Positions 33,351 through 48,626 of a stretch of 64,000 bases of DNA are shown here, piece by piece. Below the pieces are notes generated by a model. That model ran no database searches and was not told the DNA's origin. It saw only the letters and a program-made list of their open reading frames with translations. Source of the stretch: Fimbriosthenelais zetlandica (taxonomy: Eukaryota). Both the position numbers and the translations under genes were made by a program. Within the stretch, counting starts at the first letter, position 1. Every line of letters starts with the position of its first letter. Location: contig OZ365110.1 of NCBI GenBank assembly GCA_977030845.1, positions 35,216,001 to 35,280,000 of the forward strand. The letters run 5' to 3'.

Positions 33351-33904
33351 GAATATTATCAATGCCAAATGTGTGGCTACTTTTCATTTTGAAACGGGTT
33401 CCTGGACCTAAAGTAACTAATTTAGCTCCCATCAGTATGATATCCAATGTTGTACGTCCTCTGTGTGTTCCCTCAGATAAACTCCCACACATGCATGTCC
33501 ATGGCGGTCCATACGGGTCAAAAGAAAACCACAAATCATGAGCTGGCAAGCGAAACGCAACAACAAGGGGCTGAAGAGAAAGACCAAGCCCCGACCACAT
33601 GTTCGTGGCATGATAAATGTGAATCTATATCTTAAAGGGTAATATGAGTACGGGAAAGTGTCGCGAAAGAATGGCAAATGCATCTCAAAGCCAAATGTAA
33701 TATAAAGGGTGTTGACATTCGCGGCAATACATCTCAGTGTAACTAACATATTGGTATCAGACGGGTGAGCAGGTTATTTCCGAAAAAGACCACCAAGTGA
33801 AAGTTATACACAAGGTATGCGTATTCTGAATGTAATTTTCATCTTATTTGAACCGGGTGATTTTTTACACCCTTAAGTGTTCTGCCTTAAATCAATGACC
33901 TCAG

Positions 33905-33981
33905 GGGCCTGTTTCAGAACAACCAAAAAAGTATTAGCCATATAGACATAACATTACTAATATTCCTCTTGAAACAGGTCA
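33905..33981. mobile_element. MITE family 1 variant copy (77 bp, CAG TSD)
   Basis: CAG-GGGCCTGTTTCA...TGAAACAGGTCA-CAG. Confidence 0.65.
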
Positions 33982-36900
33982 CAGATCTATCACATTTCAA
34001 GAACTGTATTTCCTAAAATGTATATTATAATTATGTCCCCTTCTTGTATAAGGTATAGTTCATGCGTATTTCTTCGTAAGGCAGAGCAAATCGGTCAGAA
34101 AATCCATTTCACAAAGGTCTAGGCCAATAGGAAAAAAACTAAAAATGTATTTTAACTCCCTGAGAACAGTACTGTATCGTATCGCAGCAAATAATTATCC
34201 CCTTTGTATTTCCACTGCCCCCTCTCCTGATCCCAATTCAATGGATTGTGAATACTCATGAGTATAGACGGGATGTTGTATTGTCATGACCCTCTTCACC
34301 CTGGAGTGCCTCTGCCCATGCCTACAGATCCCCAGGTCGCAGCTTTGGGCATTGGTAGAAGCCGTGCGGGAGGAAGGCTCCCAGAGCTGGGCAATGTTAG
34401 ATTAGTTTGACAAATCGAATGATCCGTTCCCTAGGGACGGAGACAGTTTACCGAGCGGCCGCGATCATGTCCCCTTCATTTGGTCGGTAATGTGTTTTAA
34501 TGCCACATTGATGTGTGGTATTAGTTGATAGCAAAGACGAGCCTGCCAGCCCACTGCAGGAGGTGCGCGGTCTTTGATTTGCCATTGGCGCGCCGTGTCC
34601 CTCCCGGGACGTCCAGTAATACCTAGACGATGGCGGTCGCGAGCGGCAGCGAAACTACCATGGGGCTTTAGCGCGACCAGGCGATATTTGAGGGGCGTGT
34701 AACAAACAATTATCGCCGCGAATCAATCACATTTTGCTGGCGAATTGGGATTTGTTGCTGGATTGATTTCCTCGCTAATACAATAAATGTTGACATTTAA
34801 TTCCAGGGACACATGGCAGAGGGGCTAATCCAATGCCTTGGTTCAATAACACCCACATTTATCTCGGGATGCGGATACATCAAAAGGAGCCTGTGGTGAA
34901 CTTGGGGGAGTTGTGGAACAGTATGATAACTCTGCTCCCAGATTAAGTCATCAAAAACGAGGAACAAATGAGAAAGGACTATAACAATGATTGGAAGGGC
35001 GGTCGGTCGGGTGGGGGGCAGTGTTCATCAGGGGGCTTTAGCTGGGTATATACAGTGTCCCACATGTAATGTGATTTTAATGTCCATTGATTGTTTTTTA
35101 TGGAAGTTGTATTTATCACTACTATATGTATTTTTAAATACAATATAAACAATATTTAGATACAATAAAGTACCTCCATTTGATTCTAAATATTTTATTA
35201 TTTTCAATCAAAACAGGAAATTTTGCTTATTTCCAATCAAATGGGGGTAAAATAGGTCTTGCTTATTCCCAATCAAATGGAGGTATTTTACACGTTATTT
35301 ACCTATCTTCTATATATATGATTCCTCATGATGTCCTACCTACCCTAATATTGGTAGGTCTCATACAATATAGAAGGTGCCTATAAGTCCAATGATGGCG
35401 TACATAATTGATCTAAATCAAACTGTTGAATCGCAACAAAGCTCAGATTTCCACACGCAATTGACTAATGGTCGAATTGGAGAGCCTGAAGCGAGCATTT
35501 AAAGCGTCCCCGGAGGAGGGCCCATTCCGGGTGGAAAGGAGGACATGGCGAGATGTGAAATGACAGGCAAAAAAGGGCCTGAGGTCCCAGGTGTAGGCAA
35601 CGCCCATAGAACAACATATTATGCTCATATGGGGTGGAAAAGAAAACATTTTGAAGAATATTGCCCGCGGTATAATTGGTAGGCGGGTGAGGCATGGTTG
35701 ATAGGGTTGATGCATTGGTCGGATGTGGGTGAAATTTAAGGTGAAGGCTTCCCCCATACAGAGGTCAGGGTCATAGAGGATGTCCAATCTAAGAATACAG
35801 TGTATTGTTTATAGTTTGATCTTTATATGGACCTATATACATGTATAGATATGGAAATGTCCGAACTGTGCATAGATACATACCCATAGGAATGCATTCT
35901 TTGCAAAATGTCAATTTCATATTTTGTAAGGTCGATAATTACTGGTATTAACAGATCATTTTTAAAATGATACAATCCTTCATGAGCACCAAAAGGGTAC
36001 AATAAAAGATCATTTCATGCGCGATTGAAAAAAAAATAACCAACGCCATGATTCAACGTCCCATCAATGGTAGAATCGCGCGACTGTTGGATCTTGGACG
36101 CTCAATGTTTGCAAGTGTTTGTGAGAAAGCATTGGAGCTCGCGCTACTAGCTCCACCAGTAACCGAAGCCGAGGCTTTGTGAGATCCCATTAGCGGCCAC
36201 TGTAGCCAGTGTTGACTGAAGCCTCCAATCAGCTGGTAAAATGTGTAATTTCTCGATATAAGGCATTCATCTGGCGACAATCGATCGTGCCTGTCGTTTG
36301 GTTTTCTTGCCTGGGTCTATTGGGAAATTATTAAATTAAACCGCCATTAAGTGGCTAAACGCTGGTCGGCCGCATGTGCGACGCGCACTCAATCACGTAA
36401 TGCAAACGATGCTCTCAATTTCCACCGTGCCGCCCTCCATAATTATGAAAAATTAATCTAAACAGTGTCAACATAATTTAGAAGTAATGCTCTTAAAATA
36501 ACATAGATAATTTCCGTGTATTTGAGAGGCACGAAATTGCTACGTGGTCGCCTGAATGGAAGCGGGGCGGCCCATCAGGCGCGGGCGCGGCAGGGCGGGG
36601 GACGCGCGTTTACAAACCAAGCTAAAATTTCGCAGGAAATTCTCCGTGCGGACAATGGCGGGCAGAAAGGAGGGGAGGCAATATTTCAGGCAATAAAAAG
36701 GCGGGACGGGAGTGAATTAACGGCCCGGGGACTGTTTATCTTGGGGCGGGAGTGGAGAAGGGAAGAGGCGGTTTGGTGAGGGGCTGAAGAGACATGGGGA
36801 GGTGGAGTGAGAGTGGAGAGAAGGACAAGAGGAACCGCTGGAGGTTATGGGGGTATGGTCTTGTTTTTCTAACCGCTGGTCGCAGACCACAATAGGTCGT

Positions 36901-39900
36901 GAGGAGATAATGGAAACACCCAAAACGTCCTACAAGAATAATTGGCGAAATCAATATTACCAATGGTTTGAGAGACAATGCTGAATTTTCTTTATCTGAC
37001 GCGGTGCTGAATTCTATAAATTAAAAATATATGATGCAAATCGAACATACATAAGATTTCATGTTTATGATATGACTATAGAGAGTGGGGTTCATTTGTG
37101 CGATTTTATGATAATTATGTCAAAATTAAAAGCTATACAGAATCAGAAACGCTTAAGACATGAATCGTAACACCAAAAAACGAAGGAAATGACGGCCTGT
37201 TTTTGTTTAAAAGATATACAGCTCTAGATACACATGTCGCCATGGCAGCGCGGAGTGTACAAATTTCATTCTATCTATAGAGCCAGCTCACATGATCCCA
37301 TTCCAATGAGATCCAGTCACCGGATCTGTGGAGTGGAAGTCAGTGGACCTGTAAATGAGGTATTTACAAAGTCAACGAGACTCTACCTTGTCCCTCATTA
37401 GCTCTGCCATTTGTTTCCTAATTAGTGTGTGATCGATCTGTGGTACTGTAGGCCACGAAATAATGTAAACTTAAAACCACAGTCAAGGGAGGAAAGGCTG
37501 TTTTACTAAGGTGTGTCATGAATACTTCATGTACAATGACAGCTTCTCGTGGCTGACTGATACAATTATTTCTAACTGTGTAACCCGTTGTTTGGACGTA
37601 GCCTATACGTCGTCCACGTGCAGTCCTATATATCCAAAATGGCGGACACATGAGACGCCACATGAAAAACCGCTAAATTAAATCTTCAAAATATCCTATA
37701 GTTATAGGAAATTTAATAATATATACACAGAATATTGACTAATTTATGTTCGTTCTATAGCCATTGGCGTTATTGCGTTAGTGAGACGGTTTAGCCGAGG
37801 CAGCAACTATAGGTTTGGTTCGTTGTCGCGGTCCAGCTATAATCAGGGGACGTGTGTTGGGTTAGGGCATGACAAGGCATCCGAGGCCGGGATTAAACCT
37901 TCCCGGTCATGAAGCAGGGTTAATATTGTGTGTAAAACAAGATTTCACACTGTTTCCTTCTCCAAACTATTGATGCTAACACTATCACACACCCTGCCCC
38001 GTCCACAACGTTTTCCAGATGGTCAATCAGCAACAGATGTTCCAAATTCTCACAAAAATCATAGCAAAAAATATAAAGCAACAAATTAGCTCACTTTTTA
38101 ACCATGTTTTGAACCGCGGATTAGATTGTGATTTATGGGTATTGGGTGGTTAATTATACAACATGGTTGTCCATGGCCTCGTGTCAGTCAAGGTGGACTT
38201 GATTCTGATAAGCTTGGTTCTGATAAGTTAGGTTAAAGCTGGCAGAGGCACGTAACCAATTAGCAATAATTAGTCTGTATGTAGCTTATCATCATATGTT
38301 CGCATGAGGGGCAGAACAGGTTAAGGAGGTAATCTGGACAATCTTATACGTATCCATATATTTCCTATAACCCCAATATCTCCATATACAAAGATACATG
38401 TCGATTAGATTGAATAGCGGATCGTGATCCATAACACGATTGCTTATTCACGACAAATTAATACCTGATTCAGATTTATCGCGGGGTTCATGGTCCGTTT
38501 AACAAATTGACCCCCTTCTAATTGATGGCATTCTTATGTTCATTACTCCGACGAAATACTATCTGCATGATATCTGACACACACGTACGCACGATCATAT
38601 TAATTTTGTGAGTTGTGGCGGTTACTTGACGGTGTATATTCGAAGTCTTGTAGAACCTTATTTTCCGCCATAATTTTCTTTTTCGCATATGGAAATACAA
38701 TGTTCAGCATACATGTACATTATATTATGTATAATTTCAAATTTGTACGGCAACAAGTTTCAAGCTTTTCAATTCAACGCAGAGGCATGTCCGTAATAAA
38801 GCGTCCTTTAGTCATATACTAAGTAATGAAATCAAAGATTCTTAAGGCTGATCCTACTGTATTAAGCACGTAATCGTTTGAGATAAAACCAGTTGTAATC
38901 AGCTTCAAATTCTCATGACACTTGGCTGCCTAAATAGGCTTTTAGCATGTTGGATCACTATTTACCTCGATTAATGACATGTAGTTGGCGCGACGGGCAT
39001 GATTTGTGAAATAAAGGAGAGTTTGACATGTGATGGGAACATATTTTCATGGCAAGCCTTGAAGGAAAACATCAGTCTCGAGGAACATGCCAATTAAGAA
39101 TGGAGGAAAAGAAAGGCAAGATGACAAGACATTACTTCTGCTGCAGAGCTCTGGATATATTTCAAGATAATCTTAATATGGCCCCCATATGATTACATTG
39201 TTAGGGAAGTGAAACCAATGACATGTACAACTTCAAGGTTGGCAACATCAGCCAATTGTTTGTCTGTTGTGAATTATTGCATATTTGGTCCAACATTGTA
39301 AAGCAACTATCTACAAACCTAGCCTTGAATGCTTGTACACAAATTTAACTTCATTTGGGATGATCATAGATCTCTGAGTGTAGTATGTTTATATAGGGTA
39401 GAGACCACCTCACGAGCCACATCTTATCCAAATGTGTCCCGTGCATTTAAACATCTCCAATTTAGGAGCCTGTGGATTGTGTCCTTGCGAGTGTGAGATA
39501 GTGAGTTTGTATAGAAAATAGACCACGATTTTAAGAGAAAAAATAACACCCAAAGCAAAGAGGTTCACTAAATCTTCCATTCTGACGCAAACAAGGACAT
39601 TAACACAAACAGGACGGTCTCTGGGCCTAACAAAACCTGTTGAAAGACAGGAGTGATCTGCATGGACCCAGCAAGAAAGGGGAGAGCAGGAATCTGGGGG
39701 TACAACCTTGTATTGTAAGCATTAATGGCGCTAGATTGCAGAATTAAAGTGTCAATTAACCAGAGAAAAGGCAGGGACTACTTTGCTTGGGTGGATTCTG
39801 ACAGACGCGGAGTGATATTCCTGCAGGCTATGTAGGTCTGGCAGAGTGGTGTCACAATGCACAGGATAGAATGACACCTTAATGCAGTACAGGCCTCTGA

Positions 39901-42900
39901 TTGGCTCCTCACTAACATGTGACAGGCCAGAAACTAACAATGTGAATTAGCCAAGAAAGAAGAACAATGCATGTATAGAAGCTACAATCCACATTACATA
40001 TTTCATGGGATGATTTGTATACATATATGGAGAGATTAAGGTGTTTCCGTTCTTGGTCGATTGACAGACCTATACACGTATACAAAAGCACGTACGAAAC
40101 TTAATTATTATTTCGCTCAAATATATGGGATGGTATTTCCCCTACAACAAAAAGCTATTTATATTTTACCAGCATAACGAGTGGGTACAACGTTAAATAG
40201 ACGGTTGTAAGATTACCAAGTCTGGTTGTATATATCCTGTCTATATATTTGACACCCAGCAATAGATAGACTAAACGTCCTATTTAGACATAATGCTAAT
40301 ATATGGAGTCTAATGTTAGTGATTGATTCAAGTGTCTATACTGTTAGTGATCCCATGGCTAGAGGCTAAGAAGTTGAATCATTTTGTGAACAAAATATCT
40401 GTAATATGCATTAGTGCGAGCAGGTCCATGATTTAAACAAGCAGAATGGGCGATAATAAGGGACTTTCGATTTCTACAGTATTATTGTTCAGTGACATTC
40501 ATTCCAAAGCGTGTATAAACACATGGAATATAAATGATCACTATTCAGTAAGTCATAGTCCAAAAAATATAACCCCAATGTGTGAAAGAAATGTTCTTAA
40601 AAATGTATGTTAATACAAAAATTGGCATCCCATGGGCCATGTTCTTGTGGCCAATTTGACTTTGAGTGCAACTCCCCCTGGTGGCAAGCATAGATAGTGG
40701 GGCATGTTTTTCGCCAGGAGTAACCAATACTCCAAGTTAAGTGTGTTTCACCTGTTCTCCAACGTCCTATACTTGTACTACTGTCATCTGTCATTGGCCA
40801 AGCCTGTCAGAATCCAGTCACACTTTTTCGTTTGCTCTAGCCTATTTAAGTATAATTTATATTCCAGCTAGACACCCCACCTCATCGGCAACAACGCGTG
40901 TCCCCACCCTGAGAAATCCCGAGAACGTGGCAAGAGTTTACCGAACGTGGTCCGAACAATGGCCAACTTCTTGACTGAAGAGTTCCAAATATTTTCCCTC
41001 CATTCCCAACGAAGGTTGGGACAAGCAGACGACAAACAAGTCGTGGCCCGGGCACATGTTTGGGGAGGTGGCCGCCATAGGTACTTGTGACGCAACCTGT
41101 GGGGGCAGTTGTAATAAGTTTGAAGGGGTTTGGAACGCTAAGTTGGGGCAGACAACATTTCTTGGGTGTGAGTAATCCTTGTTTGTTCATGTCATGTCAC
41201 GCCGGTCTTTCCCATTCACTGTGCCATCCCTGATTAGATGACAAAGCATTGTTTCTATTCCTCCACACGAACACATTGTTTCGATGGTACTTAAGGCAAC
41301 ATTGAAGGACAATCGAGGCAACCTAAAGACCCCCTTTAGCACCCGACATGCTGTTCCAAAGCACGTTCCCGCAGACGAGAAGCCCTTTCCCATTGAGCTT
41401 CCCGCCAAAAGTCCCACTGTTGGAGGGCTCTTCCTTCCCTCCTCCCCTCGCCCAGAGTGGGCCTCCATTATGCATTGGCGCGTCCCAAGGCTCCTGTGCT
41501 TTTCTCAATGACGCAAAAACCAGGTCGATTTACATGTCAATTTGGGCTTCAAATTCCCGATTAGGTGATCCTAAGTGGGCATAAAGGAACGTAATACGTG
41601 GAAATAGGTCTCCTGGCATAATCCACTTCCGTTCAACACGCTCTACAAATGCAAATTTCTAAAACTAATTTCCCTGCCTCGTGCCTTTAGTTACCAAGCG
41701 CAAACAGAGGCGAAATTCCAAATCTTTTCAAGTGGTAAGAATTTTAAATTATATGTTAATGGGGAGATCTATGCCACACTTTTCAATATTATTCCATCGA
41801 TTTCGTGACAGCGGTATCAGTATAAGCGGCTACTAACTTGTTTCAATACACTGACAATGTAGACTGTATACGATGATGCATCTCTCTTAAACGCAGATAG
41901 GCACTCGTTGCCAAATATTCAACATAAGCTTCATTTTTAACTGTTAGTACAGTACTAAAGGTCTCCTTGTACAACTTCTATGCTGTAAAATTTAATCTGG
42001 AATGAGTATAATGTTCATCATTTCTTAGAGGAGAGCTAGATCTCCATTCATGGGTGAAACAATTAGATAATGAACTTCACTAAATAACTTATTCTCCTAC
42101 CATACAATAGAGAACAGTTACTTTAATAAAGAAGCCATTTTCGTATAATAAAAGCCCACAGGAAATAAGAAAGACTGTGGCTTGATGTCAATTAAGCTTG
42201 TAGATGAATGGGAGGGCTAATATTACCCGTTCATCGTCCATCCCATCTCCAGGCTTACACATTACCCTCCACTATTACCCGCTGATTCCCCTCCCTGGGT
42301 GAGGAATAAATCATGTTCATTTCCTCCCATGTTGACTTAGTTGTCAGGCCGGGCAAAAGATGAGAAGTACTTACATAATTCTAATGACGAGGCCCCCAGA
42401 CAATGCTGCATGCTCCTCTCTCCCAGCACCATATCATAATCTGTCACAGTTATCTAATGCCAAAATTCATTTTGCTGCCAAATCAAAGTCAATCGATTCC
42501 CGACTCATATTTAGCGCTGGGGCGACCAACTGACAAGAGCGGGCAATATTGACTCATTTGACATCGCCATTTAGCCGATAACCAGCCATTGGGGGACTTT
42601 TTTTCAAAGGACTTTTTGTGGGTTCGGGAGGGATTGTGTTTTTTAAACAGATTTCTCAGCGTTAGGAGTTCAATAGTGGATATGCTTTGCATATTGGCAG
42701 GAGTGCTGGGAGTGAATGGTCAAAATAATGGCATGAAATGAACGTGAAATAAACCTATCGATATTTCCATTATGCCATATGACCACAGGTTATGGAGTAA
42801 TTTATTGGGGTCCCCGGTGAAAGGCTATGAATTAGATCACAATTAGATAATGACATCCCCATATCGACCCCTTACATCAGATGTTTAAGTTGAAAGCCTA

Positions 42901-45900
42901 TTTATCTACCTCATGTCCAATGCACACCCAACACAATGCCCACAATTTCGATGGCTTTCTAAAAATGTTTCTGCTTTCACAAAAACACATTAAGTTTAAG
43001 TACTGCCGGATCAGCGTGTACATTAAACATTATCACATTTATTTACAAGTGCATTAGTGCAAATAATATCTGATTATATTTTCCATAAAGGAAGTCATCT
43101 CCCATAGTAAACAATTTGTGCTTTCAATGGTTTATTTGTAGACTCTGATTTCCTAATGGTATTGCACCGAGTGGTGTGCTTTTTTCTGAAGACAAGCACG
43201 ATTAAACATCAATGCCTCGCTAAAATCACCATATTCATATCTATGTATGGGTAAAGTGGGGAAAAAGTGATATACAGATTTTAATCACATTTGCCAGCTA
43301 ATTTTAGACATATCCCAGGCGTCCGTAATGTAATCCAACATATGGACTGGTTGCGCCACCTCGTGCCTTATCGGACCATCAGACTCGTGTTGGGCTTCGC
43401 TGGAATTAGACTTGCCCAAGTCTTTGATACTTTTTGCCTTTCAAAATTAATTTACCAAATTTGAGTCACTTTCCATTCTCTATATATGGATGAATTAACC
43501 AGCCATGGCATAGAGTAGGAGAGTGAAATGTGTTGGTGATGGGTTAGTGTATAAATGTCATACGGTCCACCGCTAGTCTAGGTTTGAATTGGAAGCCCCT
43601 TTTTAACCCTGACCTCGCACCTGACAAAACTAATAGAGATAGTTGGTAAAGCTTTTTGTTCCATGCCATGCCTCATCAGATAAGGTCTGAAAGCGCCTGA
43701 GATTGTTTAGATAAGCCTTAGAAAATGAATGATGAACCGATGTTTTTTGGGCACGGTAGCTGCAAAGGCTTGGCTAAGGTAACAGATCATTCTACCAAAC
43801 CGTGACACAGGGAACTCTGATCGGTAACAAAATGGATGACGTGCCTGTGTTCAAAATTTCGAAGTCCAATGAAAGGCATGAAACGGGATATTTTCTGATA
43901 GGTAGGATGAATCAAATATTCAATTTGATTGGATATTTTTTGGGCTACAATTTCGAAACTATCTCTCTGCATGCATGCTGCTTGAATTGGATGTTGCGTC
44001 AGTCAGCGTCATTCGAGATGTTTGCAATTAGGATAATGAGAAAGGTGTTTAAAAGGTGTGCAAATTATGATAAAATGGGCACTGGCCGTAAGATCATAAA
44101 CATATATGCTTTAACCTAAAGTGGTCTATAAGCATTGGTTCGGAGGAAGACCTCAATTCAATTTGTAATGCTGGCAATGCATTGCAGTCATTCTTTTGTA
44201 TTTGCTTTGACAAGCGTGCAACTTCATTGATCTTTTATCGTGAAATATAGGCAACCTGCCTGTCGCAGACCCCATGTCCCAATCAACAAACCGAGCGATG
44301 ATTGAAGCTATTTAGACCCATTATTAATCGCCAATAAATAGCGTGTCTGCAAATTTCAACAATCAATAATGAATGCGTGGTATTATTATACATTGACGGT
44401 CGTTTGTTACATTTCTAAAGCTCATGGCATTAAAGTAGGTTTGTTACATACATATGTACGTTACCTTTAGAACTATATTGTTTAGGGATCTGATTAAAAT
44501 GATAATTGTGGTTGATCTTTTCAGATGACTGTTAAGCATTCAATAGTATACATAGGAAGACCTTAAGTAAATATGTGAAGAACGTCAGAACACATTTATA
44601 AAGACAGCCAACTCTTGGCTAGAGACTAATGATAAATGGCCTGATATTTAGTATAGGCATTAGCACGCCCGATCTGGATCGGAGAAAGAGTCGCCCTCTA
44701 TTTTTTTCACGTATCGAATTTCAAGAAAGAGATATATTGAGCAAATGCAAGACTCATTTATATCCCTTTGTGTGATAAATTATGTGATTTTCATCGCTCC
44801 TCTGCACAACATCACAGAATTTTCGGATTTATTTTTCTCTCATATATATCAATGATGTGCAAGAGATGAATTTATCTTATCTTATCTTGGAACTACTGCC
44901 TATACTGCTATAGGCGACCAATTTTAAACAGTAAATGCATGCATGTGTTAAAGCACTAAAGCTATATCTCTCTGGAAATTAGATTTTTTTCCGTCGGAGA
45001 AAAGTATCCAATTTGAACGTTTTTCTATTCATCCTTGTCTATCATAACAATTTCCTTCGCCTTAGAAAGTTTTAATCGCATAGCCAGCTTTGTTGACAAG
45101 TTAGCAACTCGCTGCAGCCGGGGGCAGGTGAGGGTGTCTAATATAGTAGTCCCTTACACCTGGGTATGCGCTGGGCTGTTTCCATGGGAACTCTACTATA
45201 TAATTCACATCATAATTACAGGTGTCCATGTACAGCGGGGGGAGAAAAAGCAGCGGAAGCACTTTACCATGTGGAAACATCACAAAGGAGTTTGAAAAGG
45301 AAGAAATATGTTAGAAATCCGCCTAATAGCTGGTGTAAGCTATTGATGACTGCGACTCAAGCCAAGCATAAGGTGATGTGGACATTAGAGAGAATGACCC
45401 CGATAAAAGGTAGCCAGCTTTTAAATGCGGAAAACTCCTATCGGGTTTCGACTTTACGGACTAATGTATCCGGTAAAACGAGTCGATGATTATGATATAG
45501 AGTCATGATTTATAATCTTTTACAATTGCTATTCACCATGGGGGAGGGCAACTTGAGATCAAGTCTCTGTTAAAAGAAGGCATGTCTTTTATGCAATGTT
45601 GTCCTGATCAGAGTCAGACAGACGCAAGTTATGTGTAAACTTCAGTCACCTATAAGACATCAACATTATACTGATAGGTTGATACCATTTATGTCTGTAT
45701 TTTATGCCGGCATTTTAATCTCGTCAGCAGAGAAGGATGCTGGTGTTGTGAATGGACTTCATTTATGTGCAAAATGGCGCCGGGGTTTTTTTTTAATTTG
45801 GTGGGAATTAATCTACAATTGAAATATATTTCCCTCATGTTTATCAATTACAGAGCAAGATAAGGATGGTCTTGCTACCTCTTTGTCTCAATTTGCATAA

Positions 45901-46552
45901 ACGCATGATAGGAAAGCATCAGATACAGGACCGCCAAAAGCAGGTATATAATTTATGTCCTAATAAAAAGGCTAATCATCATTAGCGAGTTAATAAGGAG
46001 GTAAATCCTGCTTTATTGCACCTCAAGTGACTGCTCCTACAAAATCTGTCACCTTTCAAGCAAAAAGGCCATGACCCCAGCCCTTCCCAAATCACATGCT
46101 TTCCTTCCTACACCGACCTCTTACAAGAGACCATTCATTAGCGTAAAGTGGCCTTGATCATGGGGCAAAATAATGAAGGTGTCAATAACACGTAGATAAA
46201 ATAATAATTCGTGTAATTAATGCAGTAAAAGTAGTCATTTGAGCAGGTTAATTATACACAAGAGTGTAGTTTGCATTTTATAAAATATGAAAGCGTTGTA
46301 GGACTTAACGCTATCCATAATTTATCTATACTGAAAGTAATATCCACGTTCATGATACATTATACAAATATAGACACATCCAACCTTTACCTTTCAATCA
46401 TGCTACATTTTAATCTAATTGTTACTTTTATTTTCCACTGCTAGAGAAAACTGGGAATTAGGTGTAAAATCCTCATGGGATTTTGGGACAAGTGTGGAAA
46501 TCGTATCGATCCTCATGTGCTCTTGCATATACAGTAGTCTAAAAGGCCTCAC

Positions 46553-46722
46553 CTGTGTCTCTGTTAAACTTAAGTTGATAGCTAGGTCTTTCCTCTCTTG
46601 GCCAACCACATAGTGATTCTTCTCAAAGGCGTGCTCTAACCGTAGCAACTGGGACGGAGAAAAGGCGGTTCGGATCCGCTTGGGCTTCCGGAATGGCTGC
46701 AGTAAAAGTCCTGCGTCTGGAC
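46553..46722 (-). CDS. Emx: Emx homeobox gene, coding exon 2 ([57 protein letters not shown])
   Basis: Acceptor tttattttcAG at 46724-46723 (phase 1) and donor CAG|GTGAGG at 46553/46552. [30 protein letters not shown] is diagnostic of the Emx/ems family. Confidence 0.97.
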
Positions 46723-48567
46723 CTGAAAATAAACAATTACAAATAGTATATAATGTGGAAAGAAAACATTAAAAGTTTGAATTTGTATCTGAAGCAACTT
46801 GAACGTATTCCGAATCATTTTGGAATGTATTCAACAGAACGTGAACACCGCGGGCAGTTGATTATTTTAAATGCATACATTTATCGTTGTTGATGCATTA
46901 GAAACTGTTACATATTTTTCACTGGTGCCGTTTTTGTATGCAACATTCATTGGATACATACATGTATAAAAGGTCGTCGTCGGCACTAACAATAGACATG
47001 TGACAAGGTGGTCCCGTACCCCACAGCGAACCTATTTAAGATATTATCATCTCATGATTAGTTTGTTTCTATTTATTATGTTCCGTGCGAGTTGATGAGC
47101 TTCACGCCAATAGTTGGAGACAATAATGAGGTGTGACATTGCACGAAAGGCCCTATTATCGCCCATATAGACAACACCAGTTCTGACGCCCTCACGCTAT
47201 CCTCCCACTGGGGGAAAGTTCACCTGCCTGGTCACTTGGACTAAAAAGCCTCCCAGTGTCCACTCTAATCCCGATAGACTTGATAAACTCACACACGCGG
47301 TTACACTTTACACTCACACTCGGACGCAGTCAAGTGTGTGGCTTCCATTTAATCACGTTCTGGACGCTTCATTTTATAATTGAAATTGGGCAAAATAAGC
47401 AACACCCCTCACAACAGGGGTCCTTATCATTCCGAGGTTTTTGAATGGGATCCCCATCTTAACTTACTTCAGAAGATACACAAAAGGAAGGGGGAAACGC
47501 AGAATCCTCGATTGTATTTGATATTAAGCAGGTTATAAATGATTCTGGGTGGTAAGTTCACACCCTATATTATGGAAAGATCCACTGAAAAATGTCTCAT
47601 TAGCATAGATTGTCATCCCCTGTTTAAGCAGTCAAATAATGTTGGTTTTAGATAACTGATAGCAGGCGGGTTAATTGCCCATCAGCTCTATGTATTTAGT
47701 AAGGTCTCCTGCTGTTTGTCTCACCTGCGTTCGTCTCACCTGGCCCCTGTATTTCTGAATGTTGGTGGTCTATATATGTAGCCAGTCTACTGTAGCCCTC
47801 CTATTACCTGTTATAGGCCTATCTACGTAACAAGGGCTTCTATAAATTTATGATACATGTAATTTAATAAAACATCTGAATAAATTATAGCTTATTTTAG
47901 AAGTTCTTCTGACTCATTACGTCATGCGACCAATCAATCAATGATATAAATAAAGCGTAATACGCCAATAAATTAGAGTAGTAGATAAGTTACATTTTTC
48001 ATTTCCATTTATAGATTTGTAGGTTTTCATGTGAAAATAATTGATTATTTGATTATGCATCTCGGTTTCGGACTGGAAATGTGTTGCCGTTGGCGTTGCA
48101 GTGGCTTCCATGGCCCCAATGGCTACAGAATGACAACAAACCCAAAACTTTCTTTGTTCCGGTGATAAACAAACAAAACATGTAATAATTCCACATCGAT
48201 TTATTCTGCAACTCTTCATATGCCATGTCCTGAAGTGGCATATGGAGTGAAACGCCCAATTTATACACACACTAACAAGCTGAAAACGTCGGGATTCAGT
48301 ATCAAAACCAGCAGAAATCAATTCAGGGAATTCCAGCCCTATTCGACCCATGGCTCCCTAATATCGCCCAGAATGATTTTGCTGGCGCTGGGGAGGCAGG
48401 CTGGCGCCAAATTCTGGGCTCCTGCCCAGTGCCCCTTGCTCTGACACCTATTGTCATGTTTTCTACCACAGTAGTATCGCCAGAAAACTGGTAAGTGGCA
48501 GTATGTGTGTATTGAGGGACGTGTGCATTTCCTATATATTATAATTCTGCCGCCGTAATAAGTGACT

Positions 48568-48626
48568 AAATTTGTCTGCATTGGGTCAATTTGTATGCAG
48601 TGGGTTAAATTTGTATGCAATGGGTT
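48568..48626. repeat. Three degenerate tandem copies of a ~20-bp unit (aaatttgtatgcaatgggtt)
   Basis: Read directly from the sequence; a related fragment lies near 52530. Confidence 0.6.

Noticed and set aside
37819-37828. miR-981-like sequence TTCGTTGTCG
   Set aside because: A 10-nt match only. The rest diverges and there is no convincing hairpin, so it is within chance expectation.
40741-41584. Cluster of overlapping 60-100 aa ORFs in Emx intron 2
   Set aside because: They overlap on both strands with no transposase, RT or other recognisable motifs. This is more consistent with a GC-richer non-coding element.
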